A model generated the notes under the pieces. The model saw only the letters and a program-made list of their open reading frames with translations. It was not told the DNA's origin and searched no databases. Positions 38,929-49,311 of a stretch of 64,000 nt of DNA are shown here, one piece after another. The position numbers and the translations under genes were made by a program. Positions within the stretch are counted from its first letter, which is position 1. The number at the start of each line of letters is the position of its first letter. The DNA comes from an uncultured Clostridia bacterium (GTDB taxonomy: Bacteria; Bacillota; Clostridia; Oscillospirales; Acutalibacteraceae). The stretch is from positions 80 through 64,079 of the forward strand of contig CAMKOU010000001.1 of the NCBI GenBank assembly GCA_946414505.1, in the 5' to 3' direction.

Positions 38929-41088
38929 ATGAAAAAAATCTTTTCCTGCCTGCTCGTTCCGATCCTGCTGCTCGGCGTTCTCTGCGGCGTACCGTTTGCC
39001 GCCGGCGCGGCGGAGACGGCGTCCCAAGCCACCGGCGCGGTCTATACCGGCACCACCGGCGACTGCCGTTATTCCTTTGACGGCAACACCGGCATCCTCA
39101 CCATCAGCGGCAACGGTCGCATGGCGGATTACCGCCAGGGGACGTACGGCTATAACGTCGCGCCGTGGAATGCGATTATCGGCGCCTCCTGCCCGGTTAA
39201 CACGGTCATTATAGAAGAGGGCGTCACCTATATCGGCGATTACGCTTTTTATGAAAGCAATCAGCTCGCAAGCATCTATTTTCCCGATTCGCTCAGCAGC
39301 ACCGGAAAATGGTTTGTCCCCAACAGCGGCTCCTTCCATGTAAACGGCCGGATCTTCATCCGCGACGGGATGAGTGTGAGCTTCGTGAATCCCTTGTACA
39401 ACGATTTGTCCGGCGTCAGCTTTGTTGCCAACCGCGGCACCACCGGCGCGTGTGCGTGGCGGTTGAACGTTCCCGGCAACAATGTGCTGACCATCAGCGG
39501 TGAGGGAAGCATGGGAAGCTACTCGTCAAACGCATATTCCGGTAGCTACAGCCCCTGGGGCAAGGACATCACCGAGGTCATTGTGGAGGACGGCGTGACA
39601 AACATCGGCGAGGGTGCGTTTTTTGACTGCGCGAGGCTCAACAAGGTCACGCTCGGCGAGACGGTGCAGTCCATCGGCTTCGGCGCGTTCAAGTACTGCA
39701 ACGCACTGCAGTCCGTCGTCATTCCCGAAAGCACCACCGTTATTTACAACCACGCCTTCTACGTTTGCCCGTCGCTGACCTCCGTGTATGTGCTCAATGC
39801 CAACTGCCGGTATGACAAAGGCAACATCGCCAACGAGCATTTTTACAACCACAACGATGATCTGACGCTGTATTCCTACAGCTACGGCAGCACAAGAACC
39901 TACGCGTCAAACAATAACATCCGCTTCGTCGGCGAGTTGCCGTACGGCAGGACAGGCGATTGCAGGTGGGCGCGCGAGGGCAGAAAGCTCATCATTACGG
40001 GCAACGGACGGATGGGCGATTACAGCGCCGGCAGCCCCGCGCCGTGGGGCACGTTGATCAACGAGGCGGAAGTGGGCGAAGGTGTGACCTACATCGGAAG
40101 CTACAGCTTTTACCAATGCACAAATCTCAACAGCGTGATTCTGCCCGATACCGTTACCGAAATCGGCGATGATGCGTTCGTTTCCTGTCCCTTTTCATCG
40201 CTGACGCTTCCTGCTCACTTGGAAACGATCGGCTCCCAAGCCTTTGCGAGATGTATCAACTATCAGGATGTTGATCTGCCCGACAGCGTTACCGAAATCG
40301 GGTACGGCGCGTTTATCGGTCTGCGCTTGCCGGAGGAAATCACCATCCCGCCGCAGTTGCAGTCCCTTCCCGGAAGCGTGTTTTCCGAATGCACCGGTTT
40401 GCAAAGGGTACACATTCCCGCAGCGCTGACAAGTATCAGCGGTACGGCGTTCGGAGGGTGTTCCGCGCTGACGGAGATAACGGTCGATCCGCAAAATCCC
40501 GTTTATGACAGCCGCGGCAGCTGCAACGCGATCATCGAAAGTGCAACGGGCAAGTTGATTTGCGGCTGCAAAACAACGGTGGTGCCCGCAGGCGTTACCC
40601 TTATCGGCGATTTTGCGTTTTACAATATGGGCGCTGCGGACAGACTCGTTTTGCCAAACAGCGTGACGGGCATTCTTCATAATGCGTTTACGTATACGGG
40701 CTTTACCGACGTGATCCTCGGCAGCGGCGTAACCTCCGTTCAGTACGACGCATTCCGGTCGAGCGACGCGCTGAGGCATGTATATATTCCTTCCGGTGTA
40801 ACGAATTTTGATAACAACCCGTTCCGGGAAAGCCCCCATGTGACCGTCTATGGCGAAAAAGGCAGTCCTGCGGAGCGACTTGCCAACGAAAATACCCTTC
40901 CGTTTGTTCCCATGGGCGACGCCGACGGCGACGGCAAGGTCAACATCAAGGACGCCACCGCCATCCAGCGAAAGCTTGCCGAGCTGGGCGAGGTGTCCGA
41001 CAGCTTCGCTGCGGATGTAGATCTTAACAGCACCCTGTCCATCAACGACGCGACGTGGCTGCAGAAAAAACTGGCGGAATTGCTGTAA
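38929..41088 (+). CDS. secreted BspA-type leucine-rich repeat protein with C-terminal dockerin
   Basis: Signal peptide; many (L/I)P..VT.IG..AF repeats; GDADGDGKVNIKDATAIQ / ADVDLNSTLSINDATWLQ dockerin duplet. Confidence 0.92.
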   Translation: MKKIFSCLLVPILLLGVLCGVPFAAGAAETASQATGAVYTGTTGDCRYSFDGNTGILTISGNGRMADYRQGTYGYNVAPWNAIIGASCPVNTVIIEEGVTYIGDYAFYESNQLASIYFPDSLSSTGKWFVPNSGSFHVNGRIFIRDGMSVSFVNPLYNDLSGVSFVANRGTTGACAWRLNVPGNNVLTISGEGSMGSYSSNAYSGSYSPWGKDITEVIVEDGVTNIGEGAFFDCARLNKVTLGETVQSIGFGAFKYCNALQSVVIPESTTVIYNHAFYVCPSLTSVYVLNANCRYDKGNIANEHFYNHNDDLTLYSYSYGSTRTYASNNNIRFVGELPYGRTGDCRWAREGRKLIITGNGRMGDYSAGSPAPWGTLINEAEVGEGVTYIGSYSFYQCTNLNSVILPDTVTEIGDDAFVSCPFSSLTLPAHLETIGSQAFARCINYQDVDLPDSVTEIGYGAFIGLRLPEEITIPPQLQSLPGSVFSECTGLQRVHIPAALTSISGTAFGGCSALTEITVDPQNPVYDSRGSCNAIIESATGKLICGCKTTVVPAGVTLIGDFAFYNMGAADRLVLPNSVTGILHNAFTYTGFTDVILGSGVTSVQYDAFRSSDALRHVYIPSGVTNFDNNPFRESPHVTVYGEKGSPAERLANENTLPFVPMGDADGDGKVNIKDATAIQRKLAELGEVSDSFAADVDLNSTLSINDATWLQKKLAELL

Positions 41089-41289
41089 CGGACAGCAGGA
41101 TCTGCCTTGCGGCAAACATATCAACTGAACGAAAACGGTCGCCTTGCCCAAAAAATCTCGGCAAGGCGTAAAGGCAATACTGTGTGGATAAAAATTTCTG
41201 ATCCGGTAATAGCGTTTGACCATTTAGAGATTTATCCGGTTTCTATCGGCTTCCGTTTACACAAATTCTATAACAAACATAATCGTCGC

Positions 41290-41349
41290 AAAAAAAGAAG
41301 GCGCTGTGAAGCGGGAAGCTTGTGGCTTCGTTTCTTCACAGCGCCTTTG
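41290..41349. terminator. intrinsic terminator
   Basis: AAGGCGCTGTGAAG...CTTCACAGCGCCTT with A run on the left (minus-strand U tract). Confidence 0.6.
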
Positions 41350-41545
41350 CCATAGTTGATTTCATTGTTTGCTGTCTATCTCAACGGAATAACTTCATCC
41401 GAAAAACTGTCATCGAAATACCGTTATCGTTCGCTGGGATGCCATTCTTCGTTGCCGAAGATGAAATCGTCCAAATCCATTATGACGAATCGCATACTGT
41501 CACCTCCTGAATCCATGATACCAGTATATTCAGGAGTGTGCGCGT

Positions 41546-42175
41546 TTATGACTGCCTTTCCAAAATTTGCAAATAATCGGCAATCAAATCGGCTGCCTGC
41601 TCCACCGACAGCTTGGTGCTGTTGATGCACAGGTCGTAGTTTTCGGTGGCGCCCCACTTTTGTCCTGAATAAAAACTGTAGTAATTGGCTCTGTTTTTGT
41701 CGGCTTTTGCCACTGCCTGACGGGCTCTTGACGGCTCAATGTCGTGGCGCTCCACGGCGCGCCGCGCTCTTGCCTCAATATCGGCGTAAATAAATACCTT
41801 CACCACGTTGTCGTACTCTTTGAGAATATAGTCCGCGCATCTTCCGACAACAACAAATGTCTCTTTTTCCGCCTTTTCCTTGATGATCTTGTGCTGTGCG
41901 ATATACAGGCGGTCGTTCATCGGCAAATCGCCCATTGCCGAAAAACCGCTGCCGTAGTTATACAAGCCCGTTGACAAAGCATACAGCAGGCTGTTGCCCA
42001 TTTTTTCATCAGCCTGCGCGAATACCTCGGGACTTACGCCGCTTTCCTTGGCGGCAAGCGAAATCAGTTCCTTATCATAAAACGATATGCCGAGCTTTTC
42101 GGCGAGTAACTTGCCGATCTCATGACCGCCCGATCCATACTGTCTTGTAATGGTAATGATTGTATTACAACTCAT
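41546..42175 (-). CDS. cytidylate kinase-like family protein
   Basis: ITITRQYGSGG, VVVGRCADYIL, YDLCINS. Confidence 0.9.
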   Translation of the reverse strand: MSCNTIITITRQYGSGGHEIGKLLAEKLGISFYDKELISLAAKESGVSPEVFAQADEKMGNSLLYALSTGLYNYGSGFSAMGDLPMNDRLYIAQHKIIKEKAEKETFVVVGRCADYILKEYDNVVKVFIYADIEARARRAVERHDIEPSRARQAVAKADKNRANYYSFYSGQKWGATENYDLCINSTKLSVEQAADLIADYLQILERQS

Positions 42176-42386
42176 ATTAGCACCTCGGTATTCTCACAAG
42201 GAGTATTTTTCCGATAAATAATTCTCTTGTGTAAATATATGATAACATAAAATATGAAAAAAGCTACACTTTTTTAATGATTTTTTTAATTTTGTATAAC
42301 TTGTGGATTTATTTATCTTGCTTTTATTAAAAATGCACAAAGGAGCGCTCCGCACTGCGAAACACTCCTTTTTTGATGGAAATTTT

Positions 42387-44477
42387 TTATCCCTCACGGT
42401 GGGCAACGGCGATGATGACGGTCCTGCCCTGCATATTTATATGGCGGTTGGCGATGACCACGTTGTCCTGTTCGCAAAGGACATGCTCCGGATCGCGCCC
42501 GGTGTCCACATACAAATGCCACACATAGCCGGCAGGCAGTCCGGGCAGCTCCACATCGGTGGTTTCCCAATGGGCGTTCATGCCGAAGTAAACGATTTCG
42601 TCCACCAGCGGGATCGCCGACGCACCCGCATACATCACGCCGACATAGCGCGTTTCGGGATGATAGTCGGTTTGCCACGGCTTTTGCGAATGCAGGCTTT
42701 CGGGCGGCAGGGTACAGTCGCTTTCGCGGCGGTTTTTGGTGATGACCCTAAACCGTTTGCGGAAGGAGATCATGTATTTGAAAAACGCAAACACATCGCC
42801 GAATTGCTCCTTGCGCGACCAGTCCAGCCACGAGGTGATGTTGTCCTGACAGTAGGCGTTGTTGTTGCCGAACTGCGTGTTGCAAAACTCGTCGCCTGCC
42901 AAAAACAGCGCTGCGCCGCGGCTGCACATCAGCGCGGCAAAGGCGTTTTTCACCAGCTTGCGCCGCAGGGCGTTGATCTGCGGATCGTCGGTGTCACCCT
43001 CTGCGCCGCAGTTCCAGCTGTTGTTGTCGTTGGCGCCGTCGGTGTTGTTCCAGCCGTTTTGATGATTGTGCTTTTCGTTGTAGGAATACATGTCCCACAG
43101 CGTAAAGCCGTCGTGACAGGTGATGAAATTGACGCTGGCGCAGTTGCCGCGATAGGTCGGATCGTACAGATCCTTGGAACCCGTCAGGCGGTGGGTGGCT
43201 GCCCACGCCAAATCGCTGTCGCCCTTGAGAAAACGGCGCATGTCGTCGCGGTATTTGCCGTTCCATTCCGCCCAGCGGTTCCATGACGGAAAGCTGCCCA
43301 CCTGGTACAGTCCGCCGGCGTCCCACGCTTCGGCAATCAGCTTGGTTTTGCCCAAAATGGGGTCAAACGCCAGGCTTTTGAGCAGCGGCGGCTGATCCAT
43401 CGGCGTGCCGTCCTCGTTACGGCCGAGGATGGAGGCAAGGTCAAACCGGAAACCGTCGATTTTATATTCGGTCACCCAGTAGCGCAGGCAAGCCTTGATA
43501 AAGTTGCGCACGATCGGGTGATTGCAGTTGAGCACATTGCCGCAGCCGCTGAAATTGTAGTACTTTCCGTCGGGCGTCAGCATGTAGTAGATGTTGTTGT
43601 CGATGCCCTTAAAGGAGAAAAACGGGCCCAGCTCGTTGCCCTCGGCGGTGTGGTTGAACACCACGTCGAGGATGACCTCGATGCCGTTGGTTTTCAGGTC
43701 GCGGATCAGCTCCTTGAGCTCGGTGCCTTCACGGTGGTGCTTGTGACCACTGCTGGATTCGTAGCTGGTGTTGGGCGCAAAAAAGCAAACGGTGTTGTAG
43801 CCCCAATAGTCGTACAGCTGCTGTCCCTCAAAATAGCGGTGGGAGCCCATTTCGTCAAATTCAAAAATCGGCATCAGCTCCACGGCGTTGATGCCCAACT
43901 CCTTCAAATAGGGGATCTTTTCGCGGATGCCCGCAAAGGTGCCGCGATTTTCCACGCCGGAGCTTTCGTCCATGGTAAAGCCGCGCACGTGCAGCTCATA
44001 GATGATCAGCTCCTCGAGCGGCAGGGGCTCGGTTTTAAAGTTGCCCCAGTCATAGTCGTTCAGCACGACGCGCGCCTTGTATACGCACTGGTCGCGCTGC
44101 GGCTTTCCCCAGCCGCTTTGACCCGTTACCGCCTTGGCGTAGGGGTCGAGAATATATTTGGTCTTATCGAAAATCAAACCTTTTTGGGGATCATAAGGTC
44201 CGTCGATGGAATAGGCATATTCAAATTTGTCGATCTCCAGCCCGAAAACGATCATGGAATAGGTGTTGCCGATGCGGTAGCTGTCAGGAAACGGCAGACG
44301 CACATAGGGCGTTCTGGCGCCCGGCGCAAACAGCAGCAGGGTGCACGAGGTGGCGTAAGCGGAGCTGACGGTAAAGTTAACACCGCCGCGCACGAGTGTG
44401 GCGCCGTCCATATCATAGTGTCCGGGTCGTACATTGTAACCGCAAATAATGTCTGTGGGCTTTAAGTCCCGTAACAT
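42387..44477 (-). CDS. glgX: glycogen debranching enzyme / isoamylase (GH13)
   Basis: YWGYNT, DVVFNHTAE, GFRFDLAS, AEAWD, TCHDGFTL, GNNNAYCQDN. Confidence 0.95.
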   Translation of the reverse strand: MLRDLKPTDIICGYNVRPGHYDMDGATLVRGGVNFTVSSAYATSCTLLLFAPGARTPYVRLPFPDSYRIGNTYSMIVFGLEIDKFEYAYSIDGPYDPQKGLIFDKTKYILDPYAKAVTGQSGWGKPQRDQCVYKARVVLNDYDWGNFKTEPLPLEELIIYELHVRGFTMDESSGVENRGTFAGIREKIPYLKELGINAVELMPIFEFDEMGSHRYFEGQQLYDYWGYNTVCFFAPNTSYESSSGHKHHREGTELKELIRDLKTNGIEVILDVVFNHTAEGNELGPFFSFKGIDNNIYYMLTPDGKYYNFSGCGNVLNCNHPIVRNFIKACLRYWVTEYKIDGFRFDLASILGRNEDGTPMDQPPLLKSLAFDPILGKTKLIAEAWDAGGLYQVGSFPSWNRWAEWNGKYRDDMRRFLKGDSDLAWAATHRLTGSKDLYDPTYRGNCASVNFITCHDGFTLWDMYSYNEKHNHQNGWNNTDGANDNNSWNCGAEGDTDDPQINALRRKLVKNAFAALMCSRGAALFLAGDEFCNTQFGNNNAYCQDNITSWLDWSRKEQFGDVFAFFKYMISFRKRFRVITKNRRESDCTLPPESLHSQKPWQTDYHPETRYVGVMYAGASAIPLVDEIVYFGMNAHWETTDVELPGLPAGYVWHLYVDTGRDPEHVLCEQDNVVIANRHINMQGRTVIIAVAHREG

Positions 44478-44733
44478 AAAAAGAATCCCTCCAAGGATGT
44501 ATACTCACTATTATTTTATCATAAATAATGACACTTTTCAACCGTTATATTGTCATTTGTATGTAATTTGTTTATTGTTTATCTTTTGTCGATCCGTCGG
44601 GAAACAGAAACCGCCGACAACTGACAACTAGCATAAAAAGCTGTCTGAATTATTGTACAGAAATTGAATTGAACTGGCATGATTCTTATGTTATAATAAC
44701 TATGACTATAAACTGACAGGGGTGTACCTAATC

Positions 44734-45081
44734 ATGATTGTAAAAGATATCATTGATATTCTTGAGGGCGAAATCATCTGCGAAGGCGATCTCACACAGG
44801 AAATCAAAACCGCCTGCGGCTCCGACATGATGAGCGACGTGCTGGCGTTTGTCAAGGATCAGTCCGTGCTGCTGACCGGTTTGGTGAATCCGCAGGTGGT
44901 GCGCACCGCCGAAATGATGGATATGGCGTGCATCGTGTTTGTGCGCGGCAAAATACCCGACGAATCCATCATCCGTTTGGCGGAGCAGCGCGGCATTACC
45001 CTGATAAAAACCCGTTTCAGAATGTTTACCGCCTGCGGCCTTTTGTATATGAACGGACTGTCGGGAGGAACCAAGGTATGA
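44734..45081 (+). CDS. DRTGG domain protein
   Basis: ACGSDMMSDVLAF..LLTGL..VRGK. Confidence 0.85.
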   Translation: MIVKDIIDILEGEIICEGDLTQEIKTACGSDMMSDVLAFVKDQSVLLTGLVNPQVVRTAEMMDMACIVFVRGKIPDESIIRLAEQRGITLIKTRFRMFTACGLLYMNGLSGGTKV

Positions 45082-45506
45082 GCAACGCCATCCATTTGCA
45101 TTACGAGGTGTCGGGCGAGGACTTTACCCGCGCGGGTGAAGCCAGCGGCGCGGTCAAAAAGCGTCTGAAATCGCTCGGCTACGATCCCGACGCCATTCGC
45201 CGCGTGGCGATCGCCATGTATGAGGCGGAGATCAATATGGTGATCCACGCCGACGGCGGCTACTGCGACGTTGACATTTATCCCGATCGCGTGGAGATCC
45301 TGCTTGCCGACCACGGCCCCGGTATTCCCGATGTGGAAAAGGCGATGCAGGAGGGCTATTCCACCGCGCCCGACAATGTGCGCAGCCTCGGCTTCGGCGC
45401 CGGCATGGGCTTGCCGAACATAAAAAAATACAGCGATGATATGCGCATCGAAACCACCATCGGCGTAGGCACAAACCTTTATTTGACCGTGAAAGTGAAT
45501 ACATGA
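45078..45506 (+). CDS. anti-sigma factor/Ser-Thr kinase (RsbT-like GHKL)
   Basis: EAEINMVIHA, DHGPGI, GFGAGMGL, GT. Confidence 0.88.
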   Translation: MSNAIHLHYEVSGEDFTRAGEASGAVKKRLKSLGYDPDAIRRVAIAMYEAEINMVIHADGGYCDVDIYPDRVEILLADHGPGIPDVEKAMQEGYSTAPDNVRSLGFGAGMGLPNIKKYSDDMRIETTIGVGTNLYLTVKVNT

Positions 45507-45596
45507 CCGGCGTCGTAAATGCTGCCTGCGGCGCAGACAGCATCGCTGTCACAAAACGGACTATCACGAATCACTCCCTATCAGCAGGAGATCATT

Positions 45597-46871
45597 ATGA
45601 GCAAGTATTTTCACTCGGTACAGCTTGACGCCGACCGCTGCTGCGGCTGTACCAACTGTTTGAAGCGCTGCCCGACCGAGGCGATCCGCGTGCATGACGG
45701 CAAGGCGAAGATTTTGTCCGAGCGCTGCATCGACTGCGGCGAATGCATCCGCATTTGTCCGCACCACGCCAAAAAAGCAAACAGCAGTACGCTGGAGGAG
45801 ATCAAGGGCTTTGCCTATACGGTCGCGATCCCCGCGCCCGCGCTGTTCGGACAGTTCAACCATCTCGACAGCATCGACATCGTGCTCACCGGCTTAAAGC
45901 AGCTGGGCTTTGACGATGTGTTTGAGGTCAGCCGCGCCGCCGAATTGGTGAGCGAGGCAACGCGCAGCTTGATAAAAGACAATAAACTGAAAAAACCGAT
46001 CATCAGCTCCGCCTGCCCTGCGGTGGTGCGGCTGATCAAGATCCGCTTTCCCGAGCTTTGCGACAATGTGATGCCGCTGATGGCGCCGATCGAGGTGGCA
46101 GCGCGCATCGCCAAGCGCGAAGCAGTGGAAAAAACCGGACTCGACAAGGCGCAGATCGGCGTGTTCTTCATCACACCGTGCCCCGCGAAGGTGACGGAGA
46201 TCCACTCGCCCAACTACACCGCCAAAAGCGAGGCGGACGGCGCCATTGCCGTTTCCAAAATCTATCCCGAGCTGGCACACGCGATGGATCACCTCAAGGA
46301 GATCGAACCGCTGGGACATTCGGGCTTAATGGGCATCGGATGGGCGACCTCGGGCGGCGAAGCGGCTGCCATGCTGGGCGACAGATATCTGGCTGCCGAC
46401 GGCATCGAAAATGTGATCCGCGTGCTGGAGGAGCTGGAGGATGAGCACATCCGCGGTGTGGATTTCATCGAGCTGAACGCCTGCTCCGGCGGCTGCGTGG
46501 GCGGCGTGCTCAACGTTGAAAATCCCTATGTTGCACAGGCGCGCATTCAAAAGCTCCGCCGGTTTTTGCCCGTTTCGCTCAATCATTTGGAGGACGGCGA
46601 TCTGGAGCGCATGTTCTGGGAAAACGAGCTGACCTACGACGCGGATATCTTCCGCCTGGACAAGGACATCTCCAAGGCGATGCAAATGATGTCGGACATG
46701 GAGGATATCTACAACGACTTGCCGCATTTGGACTGCGGCTCCTGCGGCGCACCCACCTGCCGTGCGCTCGCCGAGGATATCGTGCGCGGCAAGGCAAAGG
46801 AAACCGATTGCATTTTCAAACTACGCGCGAAAATTCAAAATGTGTATGATCAATTGAAAAACACGATATAA
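45597..46871 (+). CDS. putative sensory [FeFe]-hydrogenase (group D/HydS-like)
   Basis: Two 4Fe-4S motifs; SSACPA, TPCPAK, ELNACSGGCVGG; C-terminal LDCGSCGAPTC. Confidence 0.85.
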   Translation: MSKYFHSVQLDADRCCGCTNCLKRCPTEAIRVHDGKAKILSERCIDCGECIRICPHHAKKANSSTLEEIKGFAYTVAIPAPALFGQFNHLDSIDIVLTGLKQLGFDDVFEVSRAAELVSEATRSLIKDNKLKKPIISSACPAVVRLIKIRFPELCDNVMPLMAPIEVAARIAKREAVEKTGLDKAQIGVFFITPCPAKVTEIHSPNYTAKSEADGAIAVSKIYPELAHAMDHLKEIEPLGHSGLMGIGWATSGGEAAAMLGDRYLAADGIENVIRVLEELEDEHIRGVDFIELNACSGGCVGGVLNVENPYVAQARIQKLRRFLPVSLNHLEDGDLERMFWENELTYDADIFRLDKDISKAMQMMSDMEDIYNDLPHLDCGSCGAPTCRALAEDIVRGKAKETDCIFKLRAKIQNVYDQLKNTI

Positions 46872-46881
46872 ACTGCGTTTT

Positions 46882-46929
46882 GTAGGGGCGACCATCGGTC
46901 GCCCGCGGGCGTGCGGTGCACGCCCCTAC
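46882..46929. repeat. GTAG-type REP doublet
   Basis: GTAGGGGCGACC-ATC-GGTCGCCC plus inverted GGGCGTGC-GGT-GCACGCCCCTAC. Confidence 0.7.
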
Positions 46930-46947
46930 ATACGACTGAGGTAAACT

Positions 46948-47277
46948 ATGACCGTACAGGATTTAATTGAAAAACTGGATTTAAAGGTGCTGGTGGAGGG
47001 CGAGCTTGACCGCGAGGTGACGGATTGCTACATCGGCGATCTGCTCAGCTGGGTAATGGGACGTGCGCCCGCCGATTCCGCCTGGCTGACCGTGATGGGC
47101 AACATCAATTCCATCGCCGTGGCGACGCTTGCCGACACGAGCTGCATCATATTAGTGGAAAACGCCGCGCTGGATCAGGAGGCAAAAATCAAAGCCGACG
47201 TGCACGGCGTCACGATCCTGCAAACCGAGGACAACAGCTACAGGCTGGCGGTGCAGATCCACGAGCTGCTGTCATGA
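46948..47277 (+). CDS. DRTGG domain protein
   Basis: YIGDLLSWVMG..WLTV..NSIAVA. Confidence 0.85.
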   Translation: MTVQDLIEKLDLKVLVEGELDREVTDCYIGDLLSWVMGRAPADSAWLTVMGNINSIAVATLADTSCIILVENAALDQEAKIKADVHGVTILQTEDNSYRLAVQIHELLS

Positions 47278-47981
47278 AGTGCTACTACGACCTGCACCTG
47301 CATTCGTGCCTGTCGCCCTGCGGCGATATGGACATGACGCCCAACAACCTCGTCAACATGGCGAAGCTGCTGGGGCTGGACGTCATCGCCCTGACCGACC
47401 ACAACACGTCGCGCAACTGCGCGGCGGCAATGGCAGTCGGCAGGAAAATAGGACTGCTCGTCATTCCGGGCATGGAGCTGACCACCAGCGAGGATATCCA
47501 CGCGGTGTGTCTGTTCCCGACGCTCGAAAAGGCGCTCGCGTGGGACGCCTATGTGGACGCGCACCGCATCAAGGTGCGCAACCGCGCCGAAATTTACGGC
47601 AGACAGGTGATCATGGACGAAAACGACGAGGAGATAGGGGAGATCGCGTCCCTGCTACTCCCTGCCACCGAGATCAGCATCATGAACGCCTATGAAAAGG
47701 TGAAAGCCTTCGGCGGTATTTGCTATCCGGCGCACATCGACCGCGACAGCCTGTCCATTTTGTCCGTGCTGGGCGAGATCGACGCGAGCTGCGGCTTCAA
47801 AACCGCCGAGCTTGCCGACCGGTCGAAGCTGGAAGCCCTCCGAGCACAGCACCCGATCTTAAACACCCTGCACATCGTCACCGGCTCCGACGCCCATTAT
47901 CTTGAAAACATGCGCGAGGCGGAAAACTGGTTGGAACCGGAAACGCTGACGGCGGAGGCAGTGCTGGCAGCGCTGGACTGA
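47274..47981 (+). CDS. PHP domain phosphoesterase
   Basis: DLHLHS, TDHN, GMEL, AHIDR, GSDAH. Confidence 0.9.
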   Translation: MKCYYDLHLHSCLSPCGDMDMTPNNLVNMAKLLGLDVIALTDHNTSRNCAAAMAVGRKIGLLVIPGMELTTSEDIHAVCLFPTLEKALAWDAYVDAHRIKVRNRAEIYGRQVIMDENDEEIGEIASLLLPATEISIMNAYEKVKAFGGICYPAHIDRDSLSILSVLGEIDASCGFKTAELADRSKLEALRAQHPILNTLHIVTGSDAHYLENMREAENWLEPETLTAEAVLAALD

Positions 47982-48263
47982 TGTGACGGACGATAAAAAA
48001 GTTAGCTAACCAAAACCCCGTTGTATGCTAATTTTTTATCCTGAAAGGATAAAATTTGACAATTTTCTATCACACGACAAAAAAGAGCCATTTTTTGTTC
48101 GGTTTATTGACTTTCCATGGCACAATCCGACAAAACAGGAAAAAACTTTAGTAGACTTTTTTGTTTCTTTGTGTTATACTAGTCTGTGAATAAATATAAT
48201 ATTACCTTTTTGCAGTAATATTTTTTTATCGGTATTGACAATTCTATTCAGGGAGGAAAAACT

Positions 48264-48764
48264 ATGCAGAAAAAAATCAGCAGTATTCCGTTTTCGGGTA
48301 CGCCTGAGCAGGAGGCAAAGCTGAAAGAGGTCATCGCCAAAAACATCGACGATCCCGGCGCGGTTATGCCCGTGCTGCAGGAAGCACAGGAGATTTACGG
48401 CTATCTGCCCATCGAGGTGCAGACCATGGTAGCCGAGGGTCTGGGCGTTCCGCTGGAGGAGGTTTACGGCGTATCCACCTTCTATTCTCAGTTTGCGCTT
48501 TCGCCGAAAGGAAAGTATAATATTTCGGTTTGTCTCGGCACTGCTTGCTATGTAAAGGGCTCCGGCGACATTCTCAACAAGCTCAGCGAGCTGCTCGGCA
48601 TCGAGGCGGAGGAATGCACCGCCGACGGCAAGTTTTCGCTGACGGCATGTCGCTGCATCGGCGCCTGCGGCCTGGCACCGGTACTCACCGTCAACGACGA
48701 GGTGTACGGCAGACTGACCGTTGCCGACGTTCCCGGCATTCTCGAAAAGTACAAGGATGCGTGA
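48264..48764 (+). CDS. bifurcating hydrogenase NuoE-like subunit (HydC/HndA)
   Basis: CLGTAC..CIGAC 2Fe-2S motif, STFY. Confidence 0.93.
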   Translation: MQKKISSIPFSGTPEQEAKLKEVIAKNIDDPGAVMPVLQEAQEIYGYLPIEVQTMVAEGLGVPLEEVYGVSTFYSQFALSPKGKYNISVCLGTACYVKGSGDILNKLSELLGIEAEECTADGKFSLTACRCIGACGLAPVLTVNDEVYGRLTVADVPGILEKYKDA

Positions 48765-49311
48765 GTTATCGCTGAATGTGATGGACGTTGCCCAAAACTC
48801 GGTCAGGGCAGAGGCGACGCTGGTGCTGATCACCGTGGAGGAAAGCGACAAAGACGACTTTCTCACCATCACCATCAAGGATAACGGCTGCGGCATGACA
48901 GAGGAGCAGGTGCAGCAGGTCGTCGACCCGTTTTTCACCACCCGCACCACCCGCAAGGTGGGCTTGGGCGTTCCGCTGTTCAAAATGTCTGCCGAACAGA
49001 CGGGCGGCAGCTTCAGCATCACATCCGAAGTCGGACGCGGCACGCAAACGCAGGCGCGCTACGTCAAAAGCCATGTGGATATGACTCCCTTGGGGGACAT
49101 CAACTCCACGGTATCCATTCTTATCCGCTGCAATCCCGATATCGACTTTGTGTTTACACGCACCAACGACAACGGCACGTTTACGCTGGACACGCGCGAG
49201 CTGCGCGAGGTGCTCGAGGGCGTCAGCCTTGACACCCCCGACGTGGTGGAATGGATCGAACAATTCTTGGAAGAACAAACTGAAAATATTTGCGGAGGTG
49301 CAAAATTATGA
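48757..49311 (+). CDS. histidine kinase-like ATPase
   Basis: QNS, DNGCGM, DPFFTT, GLG, GT. Confidence 0.88.
   Translation: MRELSLNVMDVAQNSVRAEATLVLITVEESDKDDFLTITIKDNGCGMTEEQVQQVVDPFFTTRTTRKVGLGVPLFKMSAEQTGGSFSITSEVGRGTQTQARYVKSHVDMTPLGDINSTVSILIRCNPDIDFVFTRTNDNGTFTLDTRELREVLEGVSLDTPDVVEWIEQFLEEQTENICGGAKL

Noticed and set aside
47990-48260. Rex operator upstream of the hydrogenase genes
   Set aside because: Only half-site-like matches (e.g. CTGTGAATAAAT); no convincing palindrome
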